DNA from: Chrysomallon squamiferum
Lineage: Eukaryota; Animalia; Mollusca
DNA length: 64,000 bases
Reading direction: 5' to 3'
Assembly: GCA_012295275.1 (NCBI GenBank)
Contig: CM022679.1
Coordinates: forward strand, 30,628,001 to 30,692,000
Numbering within the stretch: the stretch's first letter is position 1; every line of letters begins with the position of its first letter. The notes below the pieces were generated by a model. The model saw nothing but the letters and a program-made list of their open reading frames with translations, did not search any database and was not told the origin of the DNA. The position numbers and the translations under genes are program-made. Below are positions 42,588 through 57,770 of this stretch, piece after piece.

Positions 42588-43045
42588 TAATAATAATGAT
42601 GATGATGATGATGATGATGATGATGTTAATGACTTGTATTCATGTTTAATGTGTGTATGAATAGATGAATGGATAGCAGTAATAATATCTATAATAAAAT
42701 ATGACCTAGAAGTTTCGTACTTTTTTTTTTTTTTTTTTTTTTATTATTATTATTATTGTTATTATTATTATTATTATTATTACTATTATTATTATTACTA
42801 TTATTACTATTAATTTATTATTATTGTAATTTATTCTTTACCAGAAGAAATGAAAACTCTTTATTATGTGAAATAAACATGTAATAATATATTATCTATA
42901 TCATAACATTTCAAAACATTTTCAAAGAATAAAAAAAATATATATTCTTATATGTCAAGACAAATACCATATGTTTTTTGTTTATTTTATTTACTTATTT
43001 ATAAATATTTGAAAACAATGTCATTCGATGTCATTTAATACAAAC

Positions 43046-43087
<42 letters not shown>

Positions 43088-43599
43088 AAAGGAACAAGAA
43101 AGAAATTGTTCGGCTTTTCCCGGAATTCTGTTAAGACAATGCAAATGGTCACGTGACTAATACGTGATAACGGGTTTTTCAGCGATGTCGATTGAGTTTA
43201 AATTTAGCACACTCACTCGCTTGTTCCGCAACTTGGCAGATCATAATTTATGATTTACTATCACGGCAAAAGACTGTCCTTTTTTAATTTAATCTTTTTT
43301 TTTTTTTTTTTTTAATTCTTTTTTTTTTTTTTTTAAATTTATTAAGAGAACATCCATTCCTGTATATTTGCCCTGCAGACGAAAGAATTCTGAAACAATT
43401 TGCAGACGACAAAGAAAAACTAAAGAAAATAACAATAATAATGAAAAAAAAAAAAAAAAAAATAAAAAAAATAAAAAGGGGGGGCGGACTAGTTGCTTTA
43501 TCAAAATGATCGAGATATTTTATTATTTAGATGAAATTATAAATAGCCTTCGATTTATGAATTGACATCTCCGCGAAAAGCGATAACAGGATTGTGTGT

Positions 43600-44294
43600 C
43601 TTTAATGAGCAGAGTGCAGATTTATGGCGGTCTTTAGACACTGGGATCGTGGGATCGATTCCTAATGGGTTAATTTTTCGTAATACGTTTTGTTCTTTAC
43701 GGGGGTTAAGGGGGAAAATGCTTTTTGAATTTTTTTAAATTTTATTTATTTATTTATTTATTTCTGAAGGCCAGTGTATTTTTTTCACACACCCAATATT
43801 AATTTTTTTAATAATCTTTATTTTAGATTTATTGACATAAATGTATTTTACGTTTGTTTATATTATTATTATTATTATCATTATTATTATGCGATGAACA
43901 TATTTCTATACTTCTGTTAACATTTTCATGTTATATGATAGCCTGTACTTTTATATTAAAAAAAAAATGTTCCTTCATTCTTTCATTTATTCATCAGATT
44001 TCACTATAGTGTCGTTAAAAATGTATTCGTTCACTTCTCTCGAGTATGTTTAAATACTTATTTAATTCAGCAATTAGCTTTTGTTACTGTAACGTTAAGT
44101 AATAATTTATTCATTAATGTAGTCATTCATTCATTTACTTCATGGGGTCGTTAATCATTCATTCATTCATTTATTCAGTCAGCCACTAGCGCCGGGGTGT
44201 AATTGAATATTCATTCATTCATTCATTCGTGTTTTCTGATCACTTAATATTAATTAGTTCAGTCATTCATTTGTACTGCTGTTGTTAAACAAAA

Positions 44295-44340
<46 letters not shown>

Positions 44341-44420
44341 TTTGTTTAATTCATTCATTTGTTTTAGAGTAGTGTTATTCATTCATTCAGTTGTAATTGG
44401 AACATTAATTCATTAAGACT
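43600..44420 (+). mobile_element. Cluster of decayed SINE fragments (tRNA-like head and several 3' tails)
   Basis: B-box-like GGGATCGATTCC at ~43650; tail-like GTGTCGTTAAA (44010), GGGGTCGTTAATCATTCATTC (44143) and GGGGTGTAATTGAATATTCATTCATTC (44194), similar to the tail at 55598. Confidence 0.45.
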
Positions 44421-44527
44421 GGTTATCGTATGTTTCAAGTTCGTATTTTATTTTATTTTTTATTGCACTGAAGTTTTACAATCCACAAAATGTACTACAA
44501 GGAATGAAAGGGGAAAACAATGAAATA

Positions 44528-44572
<45 letters not shown>

Positions 44573-45074
44573 AGAATGTATTACAAAAAGGAAACAAGGA
44601 AGGGAAAGCAGTAATCATTTTGTTTACGAATGTAAAGAGAATGAAGGAATGCTGATTAAAAAAAGACTAAAACAATAAAACAGTGGAGCAAAAAAACAGA
44701 ACGAAATCAAGGAAGGAAGAAACAAAGAGAAAATAAAACAACAACAAAAAAAACAAAAAAAAAAAAGAAATATGATAATATATATTGTTATAAAAACAAT
44801 AATAAAAATAAATGAGAAAAATAATGGATTTAACTTTCAGACATGATGAATGACAAACCACATCATCTCATGCTGTTATAAAAAAAATATGGCGCGCTAT
44901 AATCGCTAGTTACAAACACATTAACGGCGTTTCGTAATTAGAACATATTACGTGCAATAAATCTACACAGAGATGCTATTGACTGTGCGTAGTTTTTCTC
45001 TGTACTGCGTACACTGTTGAGCACTGTCTAGAATACTGAATCGTCTTCTTAAAGTGTTTTACTTAACAGATTTT

Positions 45075-45310
45075 GGGTCACTGGGGTCACACGCACCGTC
45101 GCGTTAATTAACGTCTATAAATAGCTGTAAACAAACAAATTAAAAAGTGTGCGGAAATTGATCGGTTAATCGCAACACGCCGCTAATTCACGATTTATCG
45201 GCTTGTTTGTTCTGGCCTGGTCGGGGTAAAACAACGACGACGTATCAAAGCCGGTGACAATTTTTCACTCGGCGATTGAGTCGTTTGAAGTCATGTCTGA
45301 CGTAATCGAT
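45075..45310. promoter_or_regulatory. Candidate multi-input enhancer
   Basis: GGGTCA-ctg-GGGTCA (DR3-type nuclear receptor element, 45075-45089), palindrome CGTTAATTAACG (45102), MEF2-consensus CTATAAATAG (45115), Fox-like TGTAAACA, TCF-like ATCAAAG and TGACGTAA. Confidence 0.4.
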
Positions 45311-45660
45311 GATTTCTTTCATTGTGCCAGCTTTTTAGAAAAATTAATGGAGTGGGGTAAAATAATAATAGGTTTATTTTTTAATTTTTCAACTTTTTAA
45401 AACTTTTTTTTTTGTGTGTGTTTTTTTTTGTGTTGATTTTTTGAAGAATGTGAAATGCTCTTATCTTTAATAGTATTTTTATTTGTTACTGTATATATGT
45501 ATGTGTGCATGTATGTATGTATCTTTATAATAGGTATGCATCTCTAGGTATATATGTATAGTTTTATGTATATGAGTATGTACGTATGTGTTTTTAAGTA
45601 CGTGTGTATGTTGGGACGTATGTATAAATGTATATATAATAAAATTATACTTATAATATG

Positions 45661-45739
<79 letters not shown>

Positions 45740-46072
45740 ATCAAAATAAGACAATAAATCATTTTATAGTTCTGTTCTAGATGATGAGAAATGATAGCCA
45801 CTATTAGGTTTGAAATAAATATGAACCAAAACATTAGACGTGAGTGTGGAATTTCAGACACTTTGATATGAAAGAACCGCTCCTCAAACCATTATTTTAA
45901 GAACCGAATAATATTTTTGTCTGATAAAACTAATAAAAAAAATGAAACATTTTACGCTTAATTTAGTTAGTTAATGTGTACTCATTTTTTCTGCTTTTTT
46001 ATCGTCCATTTGCGTTATGGATATTTTTAAAGGTGCATTTTGCTCGTGTCATTAACTACAATAGTCGGTACA

Positions 46073-46151
<79 letters not shown>

Positions 46152-46567
46152 CATTCACGCTTTCTTCCACATTTTTCAGGAATGTTTATAAACGTCCTTC
46201 TCTAAATGCTTGAATAAACGGATAAACAAACATACACACAGACATACAGATTTAAGGTTAATATGTTTTTTATATACTGAATGGTAATGCACCGTCACAG
46301 GAGCTGCACAGATTCGAAACTAGTACAAGAAAAGATTACCCCATTTCAAAATCCCGTTAATACTTTTTCTGTATTCAAATGGGTCGTGATGATGGACGGG
46401 TGGCTAATATTTCGATTCTCTCGTAAAATTCTTAATAAATCAACTAAATGGGCCGCGCACTCTTTTAGCCGGAATTATACGAAGTTTGACGAAATCTCAG
46501 TTTGACAAATGCTTATTATGAAAATTAGTAAGAGAATCTGTTGTCTGTAAGCTCGCCTAAGATACGA

Positions 46568-46605
46568 TGGATCAAAGGATCAAGTCTGGATCAAAGGATC
46601 AAGTC
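46568..46605 (+). repeat. Perfect 19-bp tandem duplication
   Basis: TGGATCAAAGGATCAAGTC x2. Confidence 0.9.
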
Positions 46606-47189
46606 TGTTCAGAGAAGATCCTACGTAATAATTATTATAGCTACCTTTTTTTATTAGTATTGTTGTTGTTGTTGCTGAAGTTACTGCAGTTGCGGTTGTT
46701 TTTTTTCATTGCCGTTTAATTAACAACATTTAGACATTAATCTTGTACTTTTACTTTCTGCAATCAGGAAAACTACAACGACCATTTATTTAAACACCAG
46801 TTCCCTACCTCGGAACAATACAGTTTTTCAATTATTTAAAAACGTCTTTCTTAGAAATTTCTTTAAAAAGTTAAAAAGTTAAAAAAGAAGAGAAAGACGA
46901 ATTCATTAACGAAGTCGTTCAGGACACGCCATCTTGTATCTTGATCAAATTCGAACGTGGTCTATCGTTTCTTGATTAAATTCCTCCATTAAGACGGCTC
47001 ACCTACTGTTAGTTGATAACAGCTATCAAAGGTAAGGCATATTCTTGCCTCTGTATTGGCATTCCTATAAAACAACACGCAACATTCCAAGAATACTGGG
47101 ACAGGAACTTTTATATTGAATAATCCATGAAACATCCGCTGTTTGCAAACAAAGAAACAGAAGGAAAGAGAAAACGTTATTACCGATAT

Positions 47190-47625
47190 TGCTGCTACTA
47201 CTATTACTACTACTACTACTATTTCTACTGCTATTACTACTACTATAACTATTGCTCCTGCTACTACTACTGCTACTACTGCAACAACAACTACTACTAC
47301 TGCTGCTGCTGCTTCTGCTGCTACTACTACAACTAATACTATTACCACAACCACCACTACCTCTACCACAATCTCAGTTGCACTACTGTTGTTACTATTC
47401 TACTACTATTACTGCTATCAACATCTCACTATTATTGCTACATGAGGAATATAATATATTACTACTACAACAACAACTACTACTACTATTACAACTGCTA
47501 CTACTTCTACTAGTACAGCAACTATTACTTCTACTACTACTACCACTGCTACTACTGCAACAACTACTACTGCTACTGTTGTACTACTTCCACTGCTAGT
47601 AGTAGTACTACCATCACTATACCAC
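47190..47625 (+). repeat. Degenerate (CTA/CTG/CAA)n trinucleotide tract
   Basis: Source of the poly-T/L/Y ORFs. Confidence 0.9.
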
Positions 47626-48199
47626 TAACATTATTTTGTTTTTTTTACTAATATCACTGCAGCTATTTAGTAAAAAATATTAAAATATATATATATATAT
47701 CAACGAAAAATAAAACTATTATAAAGCTCATCAAAATTACGAATACCACAAAATTATTGCATAAATCATTTCAGCAGTTGTAGCTAAGTCCTCGCCTGCC
47801 GTACATCAACGTCATAACTCCAACACTACGCTGATAACATCGTCATTCCCCCCAAACAACCTTGCATATGAAGCGTCATCAAGATTATGTGGTTTATATT
47901 CCTGTACGTACTTTTTTTTATCAATCCAGAAGTTACTAGTGAATTCTGCTTTGGCGTTACGTGCTACGGCTCGGAGAAAATTTTACCCATAAACTTCTAT
48001 CTCACTCGGAAGATCTAATTCTTATCAGCAGACAGCGATTTGGATCATTAAACTATGTTTTAACGGATGAATCGATGTTTCAACTGTTTTGGGTTTTTTT
48101 TTGTAGTTGTAAGTAGAACAGAACGTCAATCAAAGTGATATATTTGATATATTATGCGATCATCGTGTGAGGCTGGTTCCTTTTCTTTTCAAAAAAAAT

Positions 48200-48234
<35 letters not shown>

Positions 48235-48483
48235 TGTGTGGTTTGTTACCAGTTATTAAATTAGTTAGTTAGCCAGCTGGTTATTTACTTTGTTAGTGTA
48301 CCAGTATGTTTGTTTATTACGTTTTACTGAAGTTTCGCTGCCAACTTTAAGTGATAATAATGCCGTTATACTAACTCAGTGCAAAAAGGTCAAACTGAAA
48401 TAAGGATGGAAGTACGTCTATAATGGCTAATATTGGATGATTATGATGATGATGATGATGATTGCGACAACAACAACAACAGT

Positions 48484-48545
<62 letters not shown>

Positions 48546-48546
48546 T

Positions 48547-48582
<36 letters not shown>

Positions 48583-48993
48583 AATAATAATAATAATAAT
48601 AATAACTGTAACAACAATAACAGCAGGCCAGTAATACTTATTGTGATGATGATAATGATTAAGGATATGACGATTACCACGAAGATGGTGGTATTGATGA
48701 TGACATATGTAAATGACGTTGACAGTTGATTGTTAAATGAAAAAACTAACAGTAAACTCGATGAACTTGATCACGACATTTGTTATGTACGAATACTGGT
48801 AACATTCCAAAACCCTATCCCAGACTGCAGACAAGCAGCATATCGAGCGATCAGATAAATTGCGTGTAATTCTAAATATAATATCATCTAAACTTTCCCA
48901 CTGCATGACACTAAGAACAGATTCAGAGCCAAGTTGTTTTGGTTCATAAGTACGTAAAATTCTCACATACTGTTTCTAATTCTATCTCTTTAT

Positions 48994-49443
<450 letters not shown>

Positions 49444-51046
49444 TTTCAAATTATTTTTATTCTTTCTCTCTCCCCTCATACACCTCTTCTTTATCCCACT
49501 CTCTAATACATTCATCTCGTAATCTCTGTCTTTAGTGCCCTGTTTCTTACTTCCCTCTGTCTCTCTCTGATTCTTCTGTTCATCCTTTCTTTCAGACCTT
49601 CACAAAGGCACACGTTTCTGAAAATTATTTCCCTAAACATTCCGAATGGCACCCATAATGTCACAAGAATGTTAATTCTTTTTATGCCAGATGAGAGTAA
49701 TGTGTTACGATTCAGTTAAATGTTACTCTATTATCTACGCTATTTTTCTTCGTGTATCACCTTTTATTATTCGATAACATTTCCTTGTTTCGGTTTAAAG
49801 TTGCGAGAAACTTCGGCTTTGAAGTAAAGAGATGTTTGTTGAAGAAGATAGTGATGCATGAGAAATGACAAACTTGGACGATTCAAGTGTTAAAGAGTTG
49901 TTATCTGTATGTATCTGTGTTTGTGTGTGTGTGTGTGTATGGCTGTGTGTGCATAGGTATGTCTGTGCGTATGTTTTTGTGTGTTTTACTGAGTGTGTTT
50001 GCCTGCTTGTGTGTGTTTGTATCTGTGTGTTTAAGTATGAGTGTGTATATTAGTATATCAGCATGCACATTTTGAACAGATACCAGATATTGTGTTCAGT
50101 GGTATTTATCTTTCATATTTAAAATTATCAATAATTAAAAAAAAAAAAATCATCATTAACTTTGTGTTTCCTTTACTTTATTACAAGCCAGATTAACTAG
50201 AAATACTGGAATCATAACGTTGAGGAAATAATGATTGAAATATGATTAATTACATAAACTTTCTTAAAATAATCATGAGCATAATCTTATACTATAATTA
50301 GCAAAGTAATTTTAAAAGAACAATATATATATATATATATATATACAAACACACACAAGTTATCAAAAACAATCGTACCTATATATAGAGAGAGTAGGTG
50401 TAAAAAAAATATATATATATATATATATATACACACCTACACCATCTAACACAGAAAACAAACCCTTTCTTCTTTTCTTTTCTTTTGTCTCTCTCCCACA
50501 CAAACTTGTTAACCATCCCCTGACAACAAATGCGGGTACACAAGCACTTTTGTAAAATAATCTCACTTTACCAGCAATCTGTGTTAGGTTCAAATACCAC
50601 ATCAGTTTTGATATACTCGTGGTCAAATATACAATCTCGTATATTACATAGGACCAGATAATGGCTGGAACCATCTGGCTATCTAAACCAGTTTCGGTTA
50701 CATTTCTCGGTATTACCTGCCGCATGTCATCTTAAACTATACATGTATGCTTATTAGCTAACGCCCACAAAAAAAAAAAGAAGAAGCAAAAAAAGCCACG
50801 ACTGTAAGAAAAAAAAAAAAAAAAAAAAAAAGGGCAATCTGGATTTCTTAATATACCTGCACAGTGTTGGTATTTGATGGAGTTAATATGTTATATTCTT
50901 TGAGTGAGTCTTGCGGATATATACGTTTTTGGTAAGTCTTGTAAAATATACCGTTGTTACATGAAAGAGAGTGAGATACGTGTGTGTGTGTGTGTGTGTG
51001 TGTTTTATTATGTGTTTTGACAGTCCTAGAAATATTATATTTAGTA

Positions 51047-51090
<44 letters not shown>

Positions 51091-51684
51091 CTGAGTCATA
51101 AATGCTATTGTCATTGTATTGTTGCATATATGTATGTATGTATGTATGTATGTGTGTATGTATGTATTTGTGTATGTGTGCACGTGTGACTGACTGATCG
51201 TATGTAAATATGTGTATATGGACCAATTTAATTATGTATGTAGATGATTATTATATATTGGAAGATAATTATTTGGTGACAAAAATATTTAAATAGAAAG
51301 AAAAAGCAACTTATGAAATATGACATTTAGTTAATGAACTAGTACGTACATTTTATTCACTAATTAATTAATTAAATTTAAATATTTCCAAAAAAAAAAA
51401 AAAAAATTGTCTCTCTCTTCTTATTCTTGTTCTTGTTTCGGTTCCAGGTTATTGTTGTTGTTGTTGTCGTTATTACTGTTGTTACTGTAATGACAAAATA
51501 AGCCCAGTTATTGCTTTGGTATCGATTAGCTACAGGAATACAAAAGTAAATGTAACAAAGTATACATTAAATATTTCTATATTATAGATGGAACTGAAAA
51601 ACGTAGAAGATAAAATCTTTAAATCCAAATATCCATTGTACATTGTCATTTGTATAATGCTTCTTAATAATTTAATGGTAGTAT

Positions 51685-52265
51685 GTTGCTGTAGTAACAG
51701 TAGCAGTAGCAGTAGTAGTAGTGGTAGTGTAGTAAAGTAGTAGTAGTAGCAGTAACAGCAGAGTAGTAGGATGGTAGTAATTATAGTCGTAACAGAGTAA
51801 TAGCAATAACTGTGATAGTGGTAATAGTAATGGCAGTAAAAAATACAATAACAGTAGTAGAAAGAGCAGTAGTAATAACTGTAGTAAAAGTAATAGTAAT
51901 ATGTATAGTAGAAGAAATAGTAATAGTTGTATTAGTAGTGGCAGTAGTAGAAGTACTGCGATAGCAGTAGTAATAGTTCTACTAGTAGTAATATAGCAGT
52001 AGTAGTAGTAATATAGTAGTAGTTGAAGCAGTAATAGCAGTAGGAGTAGCAGTAGTAGCAGTAGTAGCAGTAGTAGCAGTTGTAGCAGTAGCAGCAGCAG
52101 CAGTAATAATACTAGTAGTAGCAGCAGTAATAATAGTAGTAATAGCAGTAGTAATAGCAGTAGTAATAGCAGTAGCAATATACTTGTATTAGTAGTAATT
52201 ATAATTGTAATCTTAGTACTGGTGGTAATAGCAGTAGTAGAAACAGTAATAGTAACAGTTGTAGC
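51685..52265 (+). repeat. Degenerate (GTA/GCA/ATA)n trinucleotide tract
   Basis: Source of the poly-L ORF on the minus strand. Confidence 0.9.
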
Positions 52266-53104
52266 ATTATTACTTTTAGCGATAGCTCTGCATGTAACTC
52301 TAGCAATAGTTATCGTAATATAATAATAGCAGACTATCTCTTGCAGAATCAGGTCTTTTGTACCGATAGTTTTTATAACGGTTGAATTTGAACTTTTATA
52401 TATATTATAGCTACAAGTTACTGTAACATTATATGTATATTAATTTCTGTTGTAATTATACATATATGTTGTGTTACTACAACTCTACAACGGTTTTGTA
52501 TCAGTACACATAAGTACCACGTACCTACATGCAACTCGTCAAATAACGACTCTGTCGTTATAACATCTGTATTTTCCTATCTCTAATAACCACTCCATAA
52601 TCTCTTCTCTCACCTGATATATAATCGCTATGACGTAAGCAGATGGCCTCGATGTCAGATATTTACGTCATCAACAGACAAGATTGCCAGTGCAGACAAA
52701 TTTGCTCGGTGAAGCTCTCCATGTCGATCCCACAGACTTCGGACAGTGAGCGTATTGTACTCGCCAAATGGGTGGCACCGTGAATATCTCAGAATTCCTA
52801 TTCGACTCTTAACCCTCAATGCATTCCAGCACAGAAAGGTGGTTCAATTGCTCGTTCGGTTCACCGTGTACTTGCAACTTCAGAACTGTTGCTTGTTTGT
52901 TTCGTTATGAGTTCGTCTGGAATCACGTTCGTGAACCTTAGTGCAGATATTTTTTTTTTATTACATGAATTTTCATTTACTTTCCAGTGTCAAAAGCGAT
53001 AAAAATAAGTTACAATCAGAGTAGTAATAAAAATTGATTTTTTTTTTAACTAAACAATTCATTGTGCTCATTCCTTCCTTTCTTCTTCTTCTTCTTCTTC
53101 TTCT

Positions 53105-53202
<98 letters not shown>

Positions 53203-53925
53203 ATTTTTGTACAGATAGGAAACAGACAGATAGACATATTTAATATCTTATAATTTAATGTGGGTTATATGCAAATTACACCAACAAAAATTCATATAAA
53301 TTAACAACAAAAGTGATTCATTAACGGGCAAACAATAAAGTGAAATCACATAACGGCAATAGAAATAAAAACAAACCAATTAATTATTTAATTAAAATAA
53401 AAAGATAAGACGGTGTCTAATGTACTTTTATTTCTAACCGTTGATTTAATCATTAAAATGTGACATTAAATTAGCATTTTCCATCTAACCCACAAAGAAA
53501 AAAAAAAAAACCATCTCTAACAATTTTAAGAATTAAATGATGTTACCGCAGTGTTTAGACATGTATATACATACATAAATACACCCACCCACCCACACCA
53601 CACCACACACACATACATTACATACTCACACACACATACATACATATACATAGATACATATAAAAGTATTTTTTCAAATAAAACAAAGATTAAAAGCTCA
53701 GAAGACAGAGAAGAAGAAGAAGAGGTGATTATAACGCAAAGAACGGAGGCGGAATACGACCAATCGTTTTCTCCTGATCATAATTAACAGACTTCTTTGA
53801 GCTTTGGCAATGAGTTCCTCAAACATTTGGCTTCTCCTGATCCGAGATCAGATACATTTTTCTACTGTGTTTACTGTTTGTTTTCTCTCCAGTTCTCATT
53901 TTCCTACGTAAAAAGACAGCCACTG

Positions 53926-54170
53926 GTGTCTGTCTGTATTTCAGAAAATCCTCGAGAGACGAGTCTGTTTGTGTACTCGACGGCCAGAGTTGTAAGCCCA
54001 TATCTTTAATACTCGGGAGAATGTTTGCCTGTGCAGAGACCGGCTACGTTTTGCCTGTCCGTATCGTTAAAGCCCTAGAGAGTGTTTGTCCGCGTTTAAA
54101 CGGCGATATTTCCCGGTCCGTATCGTGGAAATCCCTATAGAGACGATGATTTCAATCCACGGAACGTCTT
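53926..54170 (+). repeat. Diverged ~60 bp tandem repeat, about 4 copies
   Basis: GTCCGTATCGT occurs exactly at 54057 and 54116 (period 59); the order GTCCGTATC..AA..CCT.GAGA.TGTTTG.C.G.G....CGGC is seen in adjacent units. Confidence 0.7.
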
Positions 54171-54232
54171 GCTGGCAGGCTAAAGGGAAATGCTGCCATA
54201 TGTTCACACTTACATTAAAATTAAGATAAGCG

Positions 54233-54382
<150 letters not shown>

Positions 54383-54499
54383 AGTTCTGAAGTCGAATAC
54401 ATAATATCTTAGATGATCGTTGATATTATATTTTCAATCTAGGTTATATCTTCTAACGAAAACACAGCTGTAACTCAAGAAATTCTTTGTGAACGTAGA

Positions 54500-54640
54500 T
54501 TGCCAGGATCAGTTCCCATCCCTCGTCTTTTTTCCCGTTTTAAACAGTGTTCCACCAATGATGTACAAGAAGGAACATGACATATATTTTTGACTGTGTA
54601 AGATGCATATGTTTTTGCTAATGATCGACAAAATTAGCTT
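54500..54640 (+). mobile_element. Highly decayed MetaSINE-like fragment
   Basis: GGATCAGTTCCC...TTTTCCCGTTTTAAACAGTGTTCCAC..ATGATGTACAAGAAGG..CATG...TGACTGTGTAAGATGCATAT..TTGCTAATGATCG parallels the head-plus-Meta layout. Confidence 0.4.
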
Positions 54641-55544
54641 ATGATTTCGTCTTTCAGTCTCGAATATTTTTAAATTTTATAAAAATTCTTGAAAGAGTTC
54701 TTTTTCTGATCGTTATAGATTTCTATAACATTAAAACAGATTTTTATTTTATCATTGTTAATAATGTACGTACATACATACACACATAAATACATGTAGG
54801 TGTGTATATGTAATACATTATTTCTTTTGTCTTTATTTTATAAAACTCGATGATAAGATTAATAAAACATCTAATACTTACTTCCCGCCCTTTGCATGAT
54901 TTACAAATAAACTTGTCTTAATAAACCATTTGTAATCATTTTTTTTTTTCATTTCAAAACAAACAAAAACTGTGATACAGTCAGAAATCTTTTTTTCTCG
55001 ATAAGTCTGTCGTATAAACAATATGAGATTTGCAAGTTAATTTTTGTTTTCACACTGTTTTCTCGTTATTCGTTTCCTTGCTGATGTAAACGAGGCTAGC
55101 GGAGGAATATATTTTTTCGTTGACACAATAACGTCATAATTTTGCGTTATGCCAAACAGATGTTGTTATCTGGACGTACACATACAATTATCATGATTTG
55201 TAGACACGGTGAATAAAGCCCTGTGTTTATTTAATCTCTTGTATTCAACGACTTCCAGAAATTAATATAAAATATGAGGCTCGGTAATAGAAGGAATTTT
55301 TTTTTTTTTTTTTTTTTTTTGCCCTTGTGGTTTACTGATATTTGTGACGTCACTGTTACGTCATATGTTAAATAGTGTGTGAGATATCGTTTTTGATGAT
55401 GTCAATTCGTTGCATTATGTTGAGTGAACTTTTACATTTTGTAGGATAGTTAAATTTTATTTTATTTTATATATATATATTTTTGTAGCACTGTGTTTTG
55501 ACTAACATTAATTTTGTATTTTTATATAGAAAACATCCACAATT

Positions 55545-55640
55545 TTGGTAAATTTAACTTTGTTTTATACCCAACAACCGATATATTTTTGGTGCTGGTG
55601 TGTCGTTAAACATTCACTAATTAATTCATTCATTCATATA
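55545..55640 (+). mobile_element. SINE 3' tail fragment
   Basis: CCAACAACCGATATATTTTTGGTGCTGGTGTGTCGTTAAACATTCA followed by (ATTC)n; a related inverted stub occurs at 13421-13448. Confidence 0.55.
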
Positions 55641-55825
55641 TGTATAATTATATACAATTTAACTATCCTATAAAATATAAAGGCTCACTCAAGGTTCCTT
55701 TTTTGGGGTGTTTTCTAAAAACGAAAGAGAGAACGAAGGATATAATAGACTTATTCTTTCATAGTCTAAACTCTGCTTTTCATTCGTGCTTCTAGACTTG
55801 AAATTGATATTTTGATGGATTTTAA

Positions 55826-55859
<34 letters not shown>

Positions 55860-55926
55860 TAATGATAGAAAGAAAGAAAGAATAACAGTATGTAATAAAA
55901 TGAAGAAAAAAAAATGCCGCGCGGGG

Positions 55927-56442
<516 letters not shown>

Positions 56443-56989
56443 AAACAAAATATACTTATATAATAATCATTAGATTAAGCATTGTCAGATTAGAGAGAGT
56501 GTTTCTCGTTTTTCCCATTCCAAACCACACGATGTTGCATAACACCTGATGATGAAATGTTTTGTCCAGTATTAACTAAACATACAAGAGCACTTCCTTC
56601 TTCCTCTAATTCGTTTACAGTTCGTAGAAGAAAGGTAAACTGCACGACAGCTGTAACCAAGCATAAACCAGATGATCACAGCATGTACTGTGTAAACCAG
56701 CCGGGCAGTCAATGGGTCGCGTTCTAGTTACAGGCCAAACTTGTATCAGTGTATGTATCCTCTGAAACGTCTTGTCTGTGTGTGTGTGTGTGCGTGTGTG
56801 TGTGCGTGCGTTTGTGTGTGTGTGTGTGTCTGCGTGTGTGTGTGCGTGTGTGTGTGCGTGTGTGTGGGTGTGTGTGTGTCTGTGTGTGTGTTTGTGTGTG
56901 CCTCTGTCTGTGTGTTTCTGTGTGTGTATGTGTATTTCTAAATATGTAGTGCTGTCTCTCTCATTAAAAACTGTTTGAAAAGAAGAAAC

Positions 56990-57115
<126 letters not shown>

Positions 57116-57453
57116 CTGTATTTCGTATTCATATTGGTTGTTGGACGTCTATGTATAAATGTGTGTACAAAAGCTAAACTTAATCCAATCATATTATAAT
57201 GGTTGCTCTATATATCTTTCTTTATTACACACCACGCTTGCTTTCTGAATGTGTTTGAGCGTGTACATCTTAATGCGAACGTCTTTATGTTGTTTTTTGT
57301 TTGTTTGTTTATTTGTTTGTTTGGGTTTGTTTTTGGTATAATGCAGTGTTTATTTGCATATGGATGTACACTTGAACGTTTCACTGTCTCACCGTATATA
57401 GTTTCATTCATACTTATGTGTGCAGGTCTATGTATATAAGTGTATGTGTTTGT

Positions 57454-57525
<72 letters not shown>

Positions 57526-57662
57526 ATATGTGTGAAACAGATAAATATTTCTTTTTAACGCTAATTCAGGTCGAGTAACATTATGTAACCGCAAGACTTT
57601 TAAGAATTTTATTTACAATCGTGTTTGTATCGTTGTTTCATACCTGCATGGATTTGTTTACA

Positions 57663-57770
57663 AGCTTACAGCTGTTTATCACAACGCCGTCAGCTGTGAG
57701 TTTTCTCCCGTCGCAATGCAAAACAGCTGCGTAGGCGTTGGCCGCTGTAAGCTGAAAACTCGGGTGAAAA
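57663..57770. other. Long imperfect inverted repeat / candidate structured RNA
   Basis: Nested perfect stems AGCTTACAGC/GCTGTAAGCT (10 bp), CAACGCC/GGCGTTG (7 bp) and CAGCTGT/ACAGCTG (7 bp). Confidence 0.5.

Noticed and set aside
43600-43680. tRNA gene
   Set aside because: Only a B-box-like remnant with no cloverleaf; treated as a SINE head.
47771-47784. TCAGCAGTTGTA similar to miR-1992
   Set aside because: No convincing complementary arm, and the 3' half differs.
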